Positions 39,374-53,375 of a DNA stretch of 64,000 bases are shown one piece after another. Source of the stretch: Octopus vulgaris (lineage: Eukaryota); contig OX597828.1 in the NCBI GenBank assembly GCA_951406725.2, positions 25,420,001 to 25,484,000 of the forward strand. The letters are read 5' to 3'. A program made the translations under genes and the position numbers. The notes beneath the pieces are model-generated. The model saw only the letters and a list, made by a program, of their open reading frames with translations. It made no database searches and was not told the origin of the DNA. Positions within the stretch are counted from its first letter, which is position 1; every line of letters begins with the position of its first letter.

Positions 39374-40234
39374 TAATAATAATCTATGACTGAAACAAGT
39401 AAAAAATAAACGATAAAATTCTATTACTGAAAAGGGATATACGAGTTAATCCTTACAATATGCTCGATGTACATTGTTATTGATGATTGTGATGTTGTTG
39501 CCATCATCTTTGCTTTTGTTGTTCTTATTATCACCATCATCATCGTCGTCATTATTGTCGCCGCCGCCGTCATCATCATCATCATCATCAGGATTATCAT
39601 TGCTTATGCTAAATGCTATTACAGCGTTGTCGCCGCTTATTAATCTGGAGTTAGTAGTAGCCAAGTGCGACCAAACACACTGACATCTCGATGCTTATAG
39701 ATTCAGATGATCAACAAAATACATTGAAACAGCCATGATATCATCTCACTTACGTTAGGTGTTTTCTTTTTATTTGTTTTCTATTATTATCGAGCCTCAA
39801 GGGACGACGAACAAAAAAGAAGAAAAAAATACTGGATGAACTTCGACAGGTTTGCAAATTAGATTGGTGATGATTTCTTCTACTTGCAAGAAATAGGAAC
39901 ACATTTGTATATAAAAAAAAAACCCAAAAAACAAAAGTGTTTGAGTTAAGCGAATCAATCCCTTTTTCCAGCTCGCATCCTTATGTAATCGACTTTATAA
40001 AGATGAAAGGTAAATACGAACGGGATGGGTTTCCATTCATAATGTAAAACAACGAAACTAAACGCCCCATGACTAGTGCAGTCATTCACTAGCCATAGTT
40101 AATGACATGAACAGGTAGATTATATCATACTCCAAACAACAGCGAGCTATTATAAGCATTATATTCTCAAACACGCCTTATGCTATTTCTAGAGGCTTTG
40201 ATGCTATAAATATTATAGTGCGTGTGTGTGCGTG

Positions 40235-40326
<92 letters not shown>

Positions 40327-40329
<3 letters not shown>

Positions 40330-40492
40330 TTTTTTTTAAATTTTATCTCCCCCTTTTTTGTCCTCTTTCTTTCCTTTTACGATCCCTTTTGATCGAAAAC
40401 CAAACCGCCTTTTTTTTACCCCCAAAAGAAAAGCTCCACCTTGTAATTTGTCCTGTCTGTGTGCAGCCCTGTGTGGCTAATAAAGAAAAACA
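40327..40492 (+). mobile_element. Retroposed 3' tail fragment (probable L1/Tx1 3' UTR) inside a (TATC)n array
   Basis: T-rich segment ending agccctgtgtggctAATAAAgaaaaaca; (TATC)n on both sides; homologous to the SINE A tail. Confidence 0.65.
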
Positions 40493-40495
40493 TAC

Positions 40496-40562
<67 letters not shown>

Positions 40563-40590
40563 CTCTCTCTATATATATATGCATGTATAT

Positions 40591-40731
40591 ATCACCTTGA
40601 TTACCTTGACCGACCAGTCCGTCGGGCGTCCATTTGACACCGCTGGTCACAGCATGCTGTCCACTCCTCTCAGGATCGCGCTTTTCTCATCCACGTGATC
40701 CCAATCATCCTCCTGAAATCGTAACTCCACC
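40591..40731 (-). mobile_element. RTE-like LINE 3' end inside a short TA run
   Basis: RWSYDFRRMIGITWMRKARS*EEW fits the RTE C-terminal RW.D...W...A..R..W pattern; ends in a 9-bp tandem tail. Confidence 0.65.
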
Positions 40732-41455
40732 GATATATATACATATACATACAGACACGTACGCATGTAAATACAATTATATCCCTGCGCAAAGTGACAT
40801 GATCGAACACGTTCCAGGCGTGTCCGTCCCGTATTTTTATATACCAGGGACGAAATTATCATTCAATGCTTAATTTATTTATTTAAGATGAGATTTAACT
40901 GCTATTTCTTGCGAGACAAATACCAACGTAAAGATTCGGCCATTGGCTCGAAATTTAATGTTATGTTTACGTTGCTGAATGAAGACATTCGCCTCCTATG
41001 AATATTTGAATTTTGGGTATAAACATGTCACAACACTGTAGCTGCTTATAATGTTGAACTCATTTCCATGTGAGCCTTCTTATGCATCGCATCGAATCGT
41101 GTTATCGTTACTAAACAACCAGAATAGAATAAATCTGTAGTGACATTTTAGGATAGATAATGTCACATCCTCAAGATTAATTTCACATTGGCCGACACCG
41201 GTTGTCAAATTCGGGTCGTATTGCCCTGCTTGCGGTTTTTCTCTGTTGCGTCAGTCCTTGAATATCAAATACAGAATTTAAAATGAGACTCTGTTTATCT
41301 ATGTAGATCACGTTATCAAGCTTTCACCACAGCTCAACCTACGTTTGCGTTTCAGCTGATAGGCTGCAAAAATGTTTCTTCTTCTAAGTCTTCCTTGAAA
41401 CAAAATTGCCTATTCTCTCTCCTTTTCTCTCTCCTTTTCTCTGTGTCTTCTCTCT

Positions 41456-41496
<41 letters not shown>

Positions 41497-41850
41497 ACTC
41501 ACACACGAGAGAGTTTCTACGTAGTTACGCGATATGCTAGAAATAGCAACAAATTTCAAATCACATTTTATTCTTCTTAAAAGCTCACTTTATATTTCTT
41601 AAAAACGGTACATTATAATAATGTAATCCAAGGTACACCTAAAACAATAGGGTAGGCTCCGACCAGACATATAAATAGAGAGATGAGAGAGAGAGCGAGG
41701 AGAAAAAAAGGGAGAGCGAGCGAGGAGAAAAAGAGGAGAGAGAGAGAGAGAGAGAGTCACGAAGGAAAAACTGCAGTTCGTATTTATATGTATATCTGGG
41801 TATACGCGCGTGGTATACGATACAATGAGAGAAGAGAAGAGAGAAAATGA

Positions 41851-41881
<31 letters not shown>

Positions 41882-42530
41882 TGTGTGTGTGTGTATGTGC
41901 ATCTGTGCATGCATGTATGTGTGCATGCTTGTGTACATAACAGAGTGAATGAGTGTGTGTAAGAGAGAGAGAGAGAGAGCGAGAGAGAGATAGAGAGATA
42001 GGGAGAGAGAGAGCGAGAGAGAGAGATAGAGAGAGAGAGAGAAAGAGACAGTGTGGAAGGAAAGCTTGTGAACGTCTTAGTATGTACATCTTTGAGCGCA
42101 TGCGTAAAGTCTGCGTATGAGTGATTAAATGTGTGTATGCGTGTGTATGTGTATGTGTATGTGTATGTATGTGTGTGTGTGTGTGTATGCGCGTGCGAGT
42201 GAGTGAGTGTGTACGTGTGAGTTCCTTTTTCTTTGTTTTCTTTCAGTACTAATCTTACTGTTCGAAAGGCGCTCATACATATTTTTATAAGTTTGGTCTT
42301 GGAAACAATACGGAACCACCGAACTCGATATGACGATAGAGATCCATGTGTTCTTGGAGGGCGTTTTGATTGCTTCATTAACAGTTCGAGTGACACCACT
42401 TGCAGACTCGTCACACGCTACATTGTAATCAAGGATAACATATTTCAGCATCGTTGCTTCTGTAGAAACATAATTACCAATTTTTGTTTGCAGGAAAGCA
42501 TTCAAAATTGTTGCCAAGAGGTCGTACATG

Positions 42531-42678
<148 letters not shown>

Positions 42679-42826
42679 GTGTGTCTGTCTGTCTGCCTGC
42701 CTGCTTGCCTGCGTGTCTGTATGCCTGCGTGTCTGTCTGTCTGTATATGTGTTTCTCTGTTCGTCTATGTATCAGTATATGCATGTGTGCATATATTTGT
42801 ATGTATAAGTGTATCTATATGTGTGA

Positions 42827-42893
<67 letters not shown>

Positions 42894-42907
42894 CACAGGC
42901 ACAGAAC

Positions 42908-43062
42908 TGGCTGTGTGGTAAGAAACTTGCTTCCCAACCACATAGGTCCGGGTTCAATCCCACTGCGTGGCACATTTGGCAAGTGTCTTCTACTTTAGCC
43001 TCACACCGATTAAAGCCTTGTGAGTGGATTTGGTAGACGGAAACTGAAAGAAGCCCGTCGTA
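42908..43062 (+). mobile_element. SINE family D head
   Basis: tggctgtgtggtaagaaacttgc...gaaactgaaagaagcccgtcg. Confidence 0.88.
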
Positions 43063-43346
43063 TATAATAGAGTATAAGGATGAAAATTACTTTAATGATT
43101 TTTATCAAGTAGTCAGCATGCTATAAAAATTTATCGGCAATTTATACATTAAATTAATAATAATGTAAATATGGAAATATTAATATTTCTAAGTCTCTCT
43201 AAAGGAGACTACGGCAGCGGTATTGGATGTTAGTAGTTATCGCCAAGCTAACATGGCAGTCCAGAAAGATAGGACGAATGATTAGCTCCAAGAGGCGATA
43301 ACTAAATTATATTAAATTTACCAATATGTACATACAATATGTTGGT

Positions 43347-44990
43347 TTACATCGCGGATGTAGATGGCTGTGGATCATCAACATCAACAGCTGACTCTGG
43401 CTGTTCTTGTTGTTCGATGCACTTAAAAAACCAGTTGAGAGCTCCTTGAACTGTCTTCTTTTCCTCAAGGATTAGATAAGGAGCAAAAGCTTCGTGACAA
43501 GCCCCCACAACCTTGGAAAAGCGTTGAGCATTTGGATCCATATCCTCGACCTTTTTCGATACATGTAAATGCTTGCTGCATTTTCTTAATGGTAAAGTGA
43601 CGCGGCTCGGGTTTGTCTTCCTCTTTTTCATTTTGCTGCTCGTGAAGTTCTATCAAATCCTCGTTCGTCAGGGTCTGCTTGTCTTTTTCAAATAAATCTG
43701 TGAAATCCTCCTCCAAATCCATTTGCGTTTCTTTGTTCGTAGTCACCAACGTTTTGTTGATGGCAACATTATCAAACCCCTTAAAATCATTCGCGAGTTG
43801 CGGGCAAAGCTTCTTCCATACACCATTCTTAGCCGTGCTCTGTACATCATTCCATGCCGCTGCTATGTTCTGTACAACCTTGTAGATATAGTATCTCTTC
43901 CAAAAGTCACGAAGTATGATGGACTCGTGAAGATCAGTTACAGCTATTGCTTGCCGCAACGTACGCTTCATAAAGTAACGATTGAAGATAGCAATTATTC
44001 CCTGATCCATTGGCTGCAGAAGAGACGTGGTGTTTGGAGGGAGGTATACAACGGTAACGTTGGGGTCAAAGCCTACGATGTTTTGCGGGTGGCCTGGAGT
44101 ATTATCTAAGTAAATCCTTGAAAGGAATTTCCTTCTTACAGTACTTCTCTGCTGCAGGGATAAAATGACTGAAGAACCAAACTTAAAATATAACAACAAC
44201 AGTAACACATGCTTTTGAATTAGCCATCCAAATAACAGGGAGAGATGCTTTGGGTATGTTCTTCAGGGTACGGGGTTTGTATGCATGATACACAAGCAAT
44301 GGCTTTAACTTAAAATATCTTGCACGATTACCTCCCAACACAATGATCACACGTTCTCTTGTTTAATGCATTAGGAAATTCCGCTGCTGCTTGTTAGTCA
44401 GCTGATACACTTTCACCTTGCTTCTTAATGGAGTGATATCTTCTTTGCTCCTTGAATCTCATGAACCATCCTTGACTTTCCTTGAACTCTAAATCTTTCT
44501 TATCTGGATATTTTTCTTCAAGTCTTCAAAGACAGCATTTTCTCTTGAATGATTTTTTTTACTAATAGTAGCACGCTGACGATTCAGTCTAACAATCCAA
44601 AGAGAAAGAAGAATTTCCATTTCTTCAAAGATTTTGCCTCTTTTCTTATTGATGACAGTGTTCTTCATCCCTGGGGCTTCAGATTTGGTATGTGCTAAAA
44701 TCTTGTCCTTATAATGTACAATCGTCAATACAGTTGTGCAACTCATCCCAAAAGATCGTATAATTGCTACCACTTTTTCACCTTTTTCATGGCGTTCTAT
44801 CATAGCCAGTTTATCTTCCAGTGTTATAACATGACGCTTAGCATTTTCGCTATGAATTTTCTTTGGAGCCTTGGGGGCAAAAAATAAAGTCACAAATGAA
44901 TGAGAATGAAAAAGTAGCCGATAAACAGACGTAAACAAATCTCAATTCAAAACAATCGCGGGAATCACGAGTGACAACGACGCCTAACAG
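43347..44990 (-). mobile_element. Decayed Tigger/pogo (TIGD1-like) transposase
   Basis: CENP-B N-terminus KRHVITLEDKL...FGMSCTTVLTIV; FKESQGWFMRFK; KLKPLLVY; LDNTPGHP; YLPPNTTSLLQPMDQGIIA (DDE_1); frameshifts and deletions. Confidence 0.92.
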
Positions 44991-45261
44991 TAGATATTGA
45001 AACTACAGTGCAATATAAGCTCTGAAAGACCGATAAATAAGACAACACGGCTGATTTCAGGATTTCATTCACTAAGCTACATTACTTTATGGTGTGTATC
45101 TTAACATTTACTGCACGTATTTTAATATGATTTTATATGCCTTTATTCTTATTCATTGTACAGTAACATGGTTCTATGTGCTTTTAACGGTCTTCTAGTG
45201 ATTTTACGTTTCCAATATTTGTGGCGGACAGACGTAAGATCGAATAAAATAACTTAGCTTG

Positions 45262-45307
<46 letters not shown>

Positions 45308-45314
45308 TTATATA

Positions 45315-45366
<52 letters not shown>

Positions 45367-45411
45367 TTATATATATATTTATATATATATATTTATATAT
45401 ATATATTTATG

Positions 45412-45464
<53 letters not shown>

Positions 45465-45470
45465 GTATAT

Positions 45471-46757
45471 ATGTTGCAAGACCCAGCTCCTACAGCATTA
45501 TGACTGGGTGTTGAGGCAGTTACTCAACAAATCAAATGTGGACGTAATATACCTTGATTTTGCAAAAGCTTTTGACAAGGTGGATCATGGTATGATATGC
45601 CACAAACTGCGTTACCTTGGCATAGCTGGAAATCATGGTGAGTGGTTACATGACTTCCTGAAAGATAGGAGTCAGGCAGTTGTGGCTAATGGAGCCGCCT
45701 CTAAGAACACACAAATAGTGAGCAGTGTTCCACAGAGCACTGTCTTAGAACCACTGCTTTTTGTAGTAGCCCTCTCCGATATGCCTTCAAATGCCCGGAT
45801 AGCCACTCTGGCAAGCTATGCAGATGATACGAAAGTCTCGCAGAAAATACAGAACCCCAGCGATGTTGCACACCTGTAGCAGGATTTGGACTCAATTTAC
45901 AGATGGGCTGAGGATAATAATATGCAGTTTAATGCTGAAAAATTCCAAGCCCAGCTCTACCAGCATCCAAAACTGAATATGAAACGTACAGGGTACACCG
46001 ATCCATAGGGAATTTCAATCCCAGAGCGTAAGTCAGTGAAGGACCTGGGTATCGACATGAGTGATGATACCTCTTTCCAAGTGCACATTACCAGGATGGC
46101 GACAAAGTGCAGACGAATGGCTGGATGGATCCCAAGAACATTCAGAACCAGAGGTAAGGAAACCATGATGGTCCTCTGGAGGACATTCGTCCTCAGCCGC
46201 CTGGATTACTGCTCACAGCTATGGTTACCCACCAGTGTGAAATTAACAGCGGACCTTGAAGCAATCCAGAGAAGATTCACAAAGAAGATCGTCTCTTTGG
46301 AACAGCTCAGCTACTGGGAAAGGTTGGAACAGCTAAGACTCTACTCCTTGGAGAAAAGACGGGAGAGGTATGCAGTAATATATACCTGGAAGATCCTGGA
46401 AGGAATTGTGCCAAATTTTGGCATTGAAAGTTACACCAATGCCAGAACGGGCCATCAGGCTCAGGACCAGTTACTGCAACAGCCTGGATTTCAAGGGCCC
46501 ACAGCTTTTTAATATTCTCCCAAAGTGTCTGAGGAACTTGCACAAAGTGGATGTAAGGGTTTTAAAATCAAAGCTGGACCTCTTCCTGTCGAGAGTCCCA
46601 GATGAACCTACCTCACGGCAAGAGGTGCAAATGAGGGTAGCTATATCAAACTCCATTCTTCACCAAGTGCCACATATTAGAGGAGGCTCTTAGTAATAAC
46701 AGTGTAGCAAAACGGTGGTGCGTCAGCATGGTCGCAGCCCTGAGCTGAAACTAGAGG
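45471..46757 (+). mobile_element. 5'-truncated CR1/L2-group LINE (RT through 3' end)
   Basis: [72 protein letters not shown]; in-frame stops. Confidence 0.95.
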
Positions 46758-46795
46758 GAAATATATATATATATTTATATACATGTATAAATAAA

Positions 46796-47375
46796 TGCTT
46801 CAAAACAGACTTTATCACCAAAGCCACCCAATTAATACTTGTAAAAAACACATTCACATTTAGAACAAGACACATCGACAGATAAATGCATGGCTATGGG
46901 TACGAAATTCGCATCTTCATATGCCACCCTTGTTATGGGTTTCCTCGAGAACAAACTATACGAGAAAATAGGGAAAATCTTCTAACACAGCTTCAGAGAA
47001 GACAAAAAAATGTGGAAACGTTACCTCGATGACTGTTTCATCTTTTGGAACAGATCAGAAGATCTAGGAACTTTCCACAACATCCTCAACGCACTGTACC
47101 CATCTATCAACTTTACGACAGAAACCAGCTATAACGAACTTTCCTTCCTAGACATCAGCATCAAGATACACAACTGCATTGTCACAACAGATATCTACTA
47201 CAAAAAACTGACACACATCAATATTTAAATTTCTACTCCTGCCACCCATCCCACATCAAAAGAAATATTCCATATAGTATGACAAGACGCATATGCAGCA
47301 TAGTGGCCAATTTACAAACACGTCAAACAAGACTAAATGAGCATAAAAACTTCCTACTCAAGTTACGAAACACCC
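46796..47375 (+). mobile_element. Penelope-like element reverse transcriptase fragment
   Basis: AMGTKFASSYATLVMG, WKRYLDDCFIFW, SINFTTE, LSFLDI, TTDIYYK.TDTHQYL.F.SCHP.HIKRNIPYS are diagnostic PLE RT/thumb motifs. Confidence 0.92.
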
Positions 47376-47842
47376 ACTCAAAGAACGAGCTCACTCATCG
47401 ATGATAACTCACCGGTTCACCATTACCACCGCTCGAGCTTGCTGATTTTTTTCGTCAATGGTGTAGCGTGTCGGGCGTCCTGTCCCCTCTTCGTGCGTCA
47501 CCCTTGTCCGGCCACTTTTAAACCTCGCCATTCAATCTTACACATTTCTACGCGGTAGTGCACTGTCCCCGTATTTTGCTAAAAGCTTCCGATGGATTTC
47601 CCCACCTGACACACCTTCCAGAGAAATCGGATAGTCGCTCTTTGTTCCTCTTTGGTGCACCTTGCTAGTAGAGCGGCCATGCTTACACTGTAAAGCCAGA
47701 AAGAAAAATGACGCGATCAGGCTTAAACTTCGATCACGTGACCACAATAGTACCAACTATAAGCACGCATGCGCAGAAGGCCATGTGACAATAATAAATA
47801 TGTTATGGCGAAAGTGCGCATAATTTTTGACTTACCCTCGTA
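47376..47842 (-). mobile_element. 5' part of a mariner element (TIR plus HTH)
   Basis: Starts TA|CGAGGGTAAGTCAAAAATT; CTKEEQRATIRFL..EGVSGGEIHRKLLAKYGDSAL...RFKSGRT...GRP. Confidence 0.85.
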
Positions 47843-48746
47843 TATATATGTGTGTGTGTATGTGTGTGTGCGTACGCGTGCACCTGTGTGCGTGCGTGTA
47901 TGTGTGTCTGTGCGTGTCTGCATGTATGTATATGTGCGTGCATGTGTATATCTATGTAAACAGTACAATTAAATATAAACCGACAGTTGCAAATATAGCA
48001 GGAAACCATGAAAATTCGGAAGATGAAAGTTTATTGTGACTCTGCGACTTGATCCCCTGCAACTGCTTGATGTCGACCACTGCAGGTTCAACTTTCATTT
48101 CTACGAATCAAACGTCGCTGCTTAGGCATTTGCTTTCGTCTGAGCACTTATTGAATGTTTCTATTATATCATGTGTTGTACGTCCTTCAACCTTTTCTTA
48201 CCGAAACACACACACACAAACATGTTTTGGAATTGCTCGAAGCAAATAAAGCTTTAGATAATAACATGTAAATGTTGGTTTAGAACCAAAGATTGCCCGT
48301 GGCAGACGAACCTATATCACCTGTAAACATGACAAATTTTTCCATCCGTTTTAGAAATTTTAGTCTTACGAGCGAAGATTGTATGTTGCTGACGTCATGA
48401 GAATGTTTATAAACCTTGAGAAACCATGAAATAATTCTTTTTGGAATGGTGTATCCCGAAGTAAATAAAGCTATAAATAATGTTTAAATATTGTCTTTAA
48501 AACCCCTTTGAATAAAAGACTGGGAGGCTGCCCATGGGTCCTGACTTCTTTCTATCCAAAGGTTTTATCTTAATTCAATATTTAAACGCTATTATTTTTA
48601 TCTTTATTTGCTACGAGATCCACTATTCCAAAAAAGGAATTATTTCACCTTCTCCTGAAGTTTATAAAAATTCGTGTGAGGCCAACAATTAATACAGCAT
48701 ACACACACACAGACACACAGACACACACAGACACACACAGACACAG

Positions 48747-48790
<44 letters not shown>

Positions 48791-48978
48791 GCATGTGTGT
48801 ATGTACGTATCCTGATCCATGCCAACACAGACCATCATCATCAATAGCCAATCAATTTCTCGTGACCATTCCTCATCAGCTTATTTAATGCCCTCCCTCA
48901 TCATTACCGACATTTCGGTCACTCGCAGATAAAACATGGTGGAGTTATTAGCGTCATATTTATTTTTATATATTTATT

Positions 48979-49047
<69 letters not shown>

Positions 49048-50574
49048 ATTTTTCTTTATATATTTCTTTATATATTTCTTTTATTTTGTTTAATGTTCCT
49101 TTCTAAATGTATGATACGAAACATGTTACTATTTTGTTGTTGATGTTGTTGTTACTGCAGTAATTCTGGGTGGGTAAAGTGGGGCAGTTGGGATTTTTAT
49201 GTGCCAAGTTATTTGGTGGCGCAGGGTCGGCGGTGTGGTTGGTTGGTTGGTTGGTTGGTTGGCTGAAATGATAAATGACTGCTTGCAGTTGTTGTTGTTG
49301 TTGTTGATTGGTCGTTCGTAGACGTAAGGCGGTCAGTCAGGGTGTGGGGGTGGGGTGGGGTGGGGTGGGGTGGAAGTGTGTGGTGCTGGTGGTGCTGGTG
49401 GTGCTGGTGGTGGTGTTGGAAGTGCTGGTGATGTTACTGATGCTGATATTAATATTGTCTGTTGCAGCAAACCATAAACCACTGCTATTAACAAGCATCG
49501 CCGTGGCGTTGATAATAGTAATTTTATTTTGCTTGCTGATGCAAGTGTCAGAGAGGTAGTGGTGGTGGTGGTGGTGGTGGTGGTGGGAGGAGGAAGAAAG
49601 ATTGGAAGGTGGAGGAAGGAAGAGGAGGCGGGGGGGGACATCATGTGGCTAAAGGTGGTGGTGGTGGTGGTGGAAGTGGTGGTAAGTAGGCCTGGGCCTG
49701 GTGATGGTGTGTTGTTTGTCATGGAAGTAGTTCATATATATATATATATCATGTGTATACAGATGCATGTACATGCATACATATATATACATATATGTAT
49801 ATATATATCTATATATATAGCTGTGTACATGTGCGCACGCATGCGCGCAAACACACACACACACATACACCTATATATATTGAGGGAGAGAGAGAAGGGA
49901 AAAAACAGGAAGAGCAAAGAAGGAAAGAGGGAAAGTAGGGGGAAAAGAAAAGAAGGAAAGAAAAGGGTGGGTGAGTGGATGGCAAAGGTATAGAAGGTCG
50001 CGAGGAGGGGAGGGGAGCCGGGAATGGCAAATGATGGGTTTGGAGAGACAGGGGGAGAGAAAAGAGGAAAAAGAAAAAAGAAAAAACAAGAAGTGTGTAT
50101 AAAAATTTGGAGAAGACGATGATGAAGAAGCGGAGGTGGAGGAGGGAGGAGGAGGAGGTGGAGGAGTATGAAAGGTTGTCAGAGGTAAAAAGACGAAGAT
50201 GAAAGAAAATTAAAAGAAAGGAAATGAAGAGGATAGAAATGATGATGATGATGATGATGATGATGATCACGGTGTTGGTGGTGGTGGTGGTGAGTGCGAT
50301 GGTGATGAGGGCGATGGCGGTGGCGGTCATAATGGCTGTGGTGATGGTAGTAGTAGTTGTAGTAGTGGTTTTGATGACAATGATGGCGGTGGTTGGCAGT
50401 GATGGTGGTAGTGACAGAATTAAGTTAGAGATGTCGGTGGTGTGTTGGTGGCTATTGCTGTAAAATCATTTGTGGCGGCGGACGATGAAGAAGACATGAC
50501 TGGCAAATGAAAAAGTTTTCTATACGACTACGAAGTTCCGAGATCGATCACACAGCATTAACATCTTATGCAAC

Positions 50575-50980
50575 CAACGCTGGGTTAACCATTAAGCAAA
50601 ATAAGCTCGTGATTAGAGCATCAAGAGAAGTTGTAAATGGTTTACGGCACAAAAGAAATTACTTTAAATTTACTATTATAATATTCGGGATATCTTATCT
50701 CTGTTAAGTATAGAAGCAGATGTGTTACGTAAAATTAACTTTCAGGATCTGATCAAAGACTTTGCAATTAAAAAAAAAGTAGAGAAAACTTTTCAAATAT
50801 AAATTAAATGGAAATATACAAAAGAAAAGCAAAACAAAAGCATTATCTATCTTTTGTTTAGTTTTTGTTTCATTTTATGGTTTGTCATTGTATATATTTT
50901 GAATAATATATATACGGGGGAAGGGGAGGCCCGAAATCTTTTCAGTGCTTCAAGCCGTTTTGGATCTTAATCCGGTCCTG
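50575..50980 (+). mobile_element. Non-autonomous hAT-like remnant
   Basis: LLSIEADVLRKINFQDLIKDFAIKK resembles a hAT C-terminal dimerisation tail; ends ttaatccggtcctg. Confidence 0.55.
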
Positions 50981-51489
50981 ATCTTATATAAGCACATTTA
51001 TCTTAGCCTCGAATGCATCGATCCAAAAGGCTTATGAGTGATTTTCTGTGGATGGAAACTGACAGAAGCTCGTCGGATGAATTCTACTCGAAATTCACAG
51101 GAATTATCTTGCCATACTGTCACACGGTGTTTCTACCTAAGAAGTACGTTAAGGGTATTTCATATCTGTGGAATACCAAGCCACTTTGTACGCTAACTCA
51201 CTCTGTAGGTCGTCCAGTTAATGGAACAATCGATGCCAGAGTCCGTCATCTGTCTTTAATCATTGTGCTTGTTTCAGTTATTAGACTGCAGCCATACTGG
51301 GGCACCGCTTTGAAGAAGCTTCGTCGAACGAATCGACCTTAGTATTTATTTTTAAGTGTGTTATTATGCTGATCTTTTTTGTCGAACCACTAGTTGATAA
51401 GGGTGTAAACAAACAATGGTTGTAAAGCGATCATGGAGGACAAATGTAAAAAAAAAAAACATTCACATATACATGTGTTTAGAATTTAA

Positions 51490-51965
51490 TGATAAAAGAT
51501 TAGACAGTTTTTACAATAATAAAAATAGTAATCCTATTACAGAGAATGATTTAGCCAGAAATTGTGATTGTTGATATAAGGATAAATGCTATTTTAGTAA
51601 ATTTTGTTTGCAAAATAACATTGTATATAGATGTAGGGTTGAATCGGACGAAAAATATTTTTACAAAGGGTAAACGGAAACTTTTATTAATAAACGAATC
51701 GCAAAACATGAGTATACCTTTATGACTAGGGATAGGTTTAACAGTACTAGCCGGAGTAAACAAATTTGGAAATTGAAGGATAGTAAGAAATTATATACCA
51801 TAAATTGGAAAAATACTCAGTCATGCTTGATCGTACAAAATTAATGATGCTAGTTGCAACCTATGTATAGATGAATTAAATCAGATATTAACATCTACGA
51901 AGAAATTACTTAATGAAAGACGTGAGAGTGTTTTATCTTGTATACACTATTCTAAATGTACTTAG
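51490..51965 (+). mobile_element. Penelope-like (Naiad-type) GIY-YIG endonuclease fragment
   Basis: NCDC*YKDKC....CLQNNIVYRCRV....YFYKG*TE....RIAKH..TF....NSTSRSKQIWKLKD....INWK...CNLCIDE...LLNERRE....CIH. Confidence 0.85.
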
Positions 51966-52002
51966 AAAAGTTTAGTGTGTATACGTTTGTACTCCTATGT
52001 AG

Positions 52003-52091
<89 letters not shown>

Positions 52092-52176
52092 TGTGTGTGT
52101 ATGAGTATACATGGGTATATCTTGTTTGTATTTATATCTGATGCTATATATGTCGTTATGCTTATGTATATGTTTG

Positions 52177-52225
<49 letters not shown>

Positions 52226-52605
52226 ATAATGCGTGTATGTATATATATATATGTATAAGTATGTATGTCTATGTATAAGTATGTATATGCATCTATGTGT
52301 ATAACTATGTATACATATGTATTCATATAGGTATGTATATGTGTAAATGTATATATATATATATATATATATATGCATGTTTGTATGTTTGTATATCTAT
52401 GTGTATATATATATCTTTATACATGTGTGTATATGTATATGCTCATGTTTATATATGTCTGTGTATAGATGTGTATATATGGAATAATATGTATGTATGC
52501 ATATGCATTTATATATATTGATATTTGTATATTATATATGTGTATATTTATGGATCTATATACGTAGATCAATATATGTATATATATGGGTGTATACTTC
52601 TATAT

Positions 52606-53291
52606 CAGTGGCTCTCAAAAGGTGCGACCAAGAAGATGTCTAGGTGAGGTTTGAGATTTTCCAAAGCCGTGCATTCAGATATAAGGAAGTAAATACATAG
52701 CTACTTTCTTATATTATACAATTGCCTTACGGATAGACCGGTATTTCTGTCAACACAAAATTATAACGATAGTACTCTTCTTTGCAACGAACAGCTAGCT
52801 TCAGGTCTGCAAGCAGGTTCGATACGCGTAGCAAACGAGATTTAAACGTCTCTGCAACAGCCAAGCGTGTGGCAGTGTGACACTGAACAATATAACTGGA
52901 TGAGAAACCCATTCGTGGAAACTTCCAAAGATTTCCAAAGAATTAACATTAATAGAAGAAGCGGAACTCGCTGCTATATCTACTGACCGTGGATTAAATG
53001 GCGAAACACAAAGGATTATCATTTGAAGCTTTCTGGATTTCTGCAAAAGATGAATATACTCTTTTACTCTTTTACTCTTTTACTCTTTTACTTGTTTCAG
53101 TCATTGACTGCGGCCATGCTGGAGCACCGCCTTTAGTCGAGCAAATCGACCCCGGGACTTATTCTTTGTAAGCTCAGTACTTATTATATCGGTCTCTTTT
53201 GCCGAACCGCTAAGTGACGGGGACGTAAACACACCAGCATCAGTTGTCAAGCAATGCCAGGGGTACAAACACAGACACACAAACACACACA

Positions 53292-53375
<84 letters not shown>

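Noticed and set aside
51555-51600. In-frame TGA in a Naiad-like endonuclease as selenocysteine
   Set aside because: The TGA falls at the Arg position of CxCR (likely CGA>TGA decay), not at a conserved Cys, and other stops and frameshifts are present.
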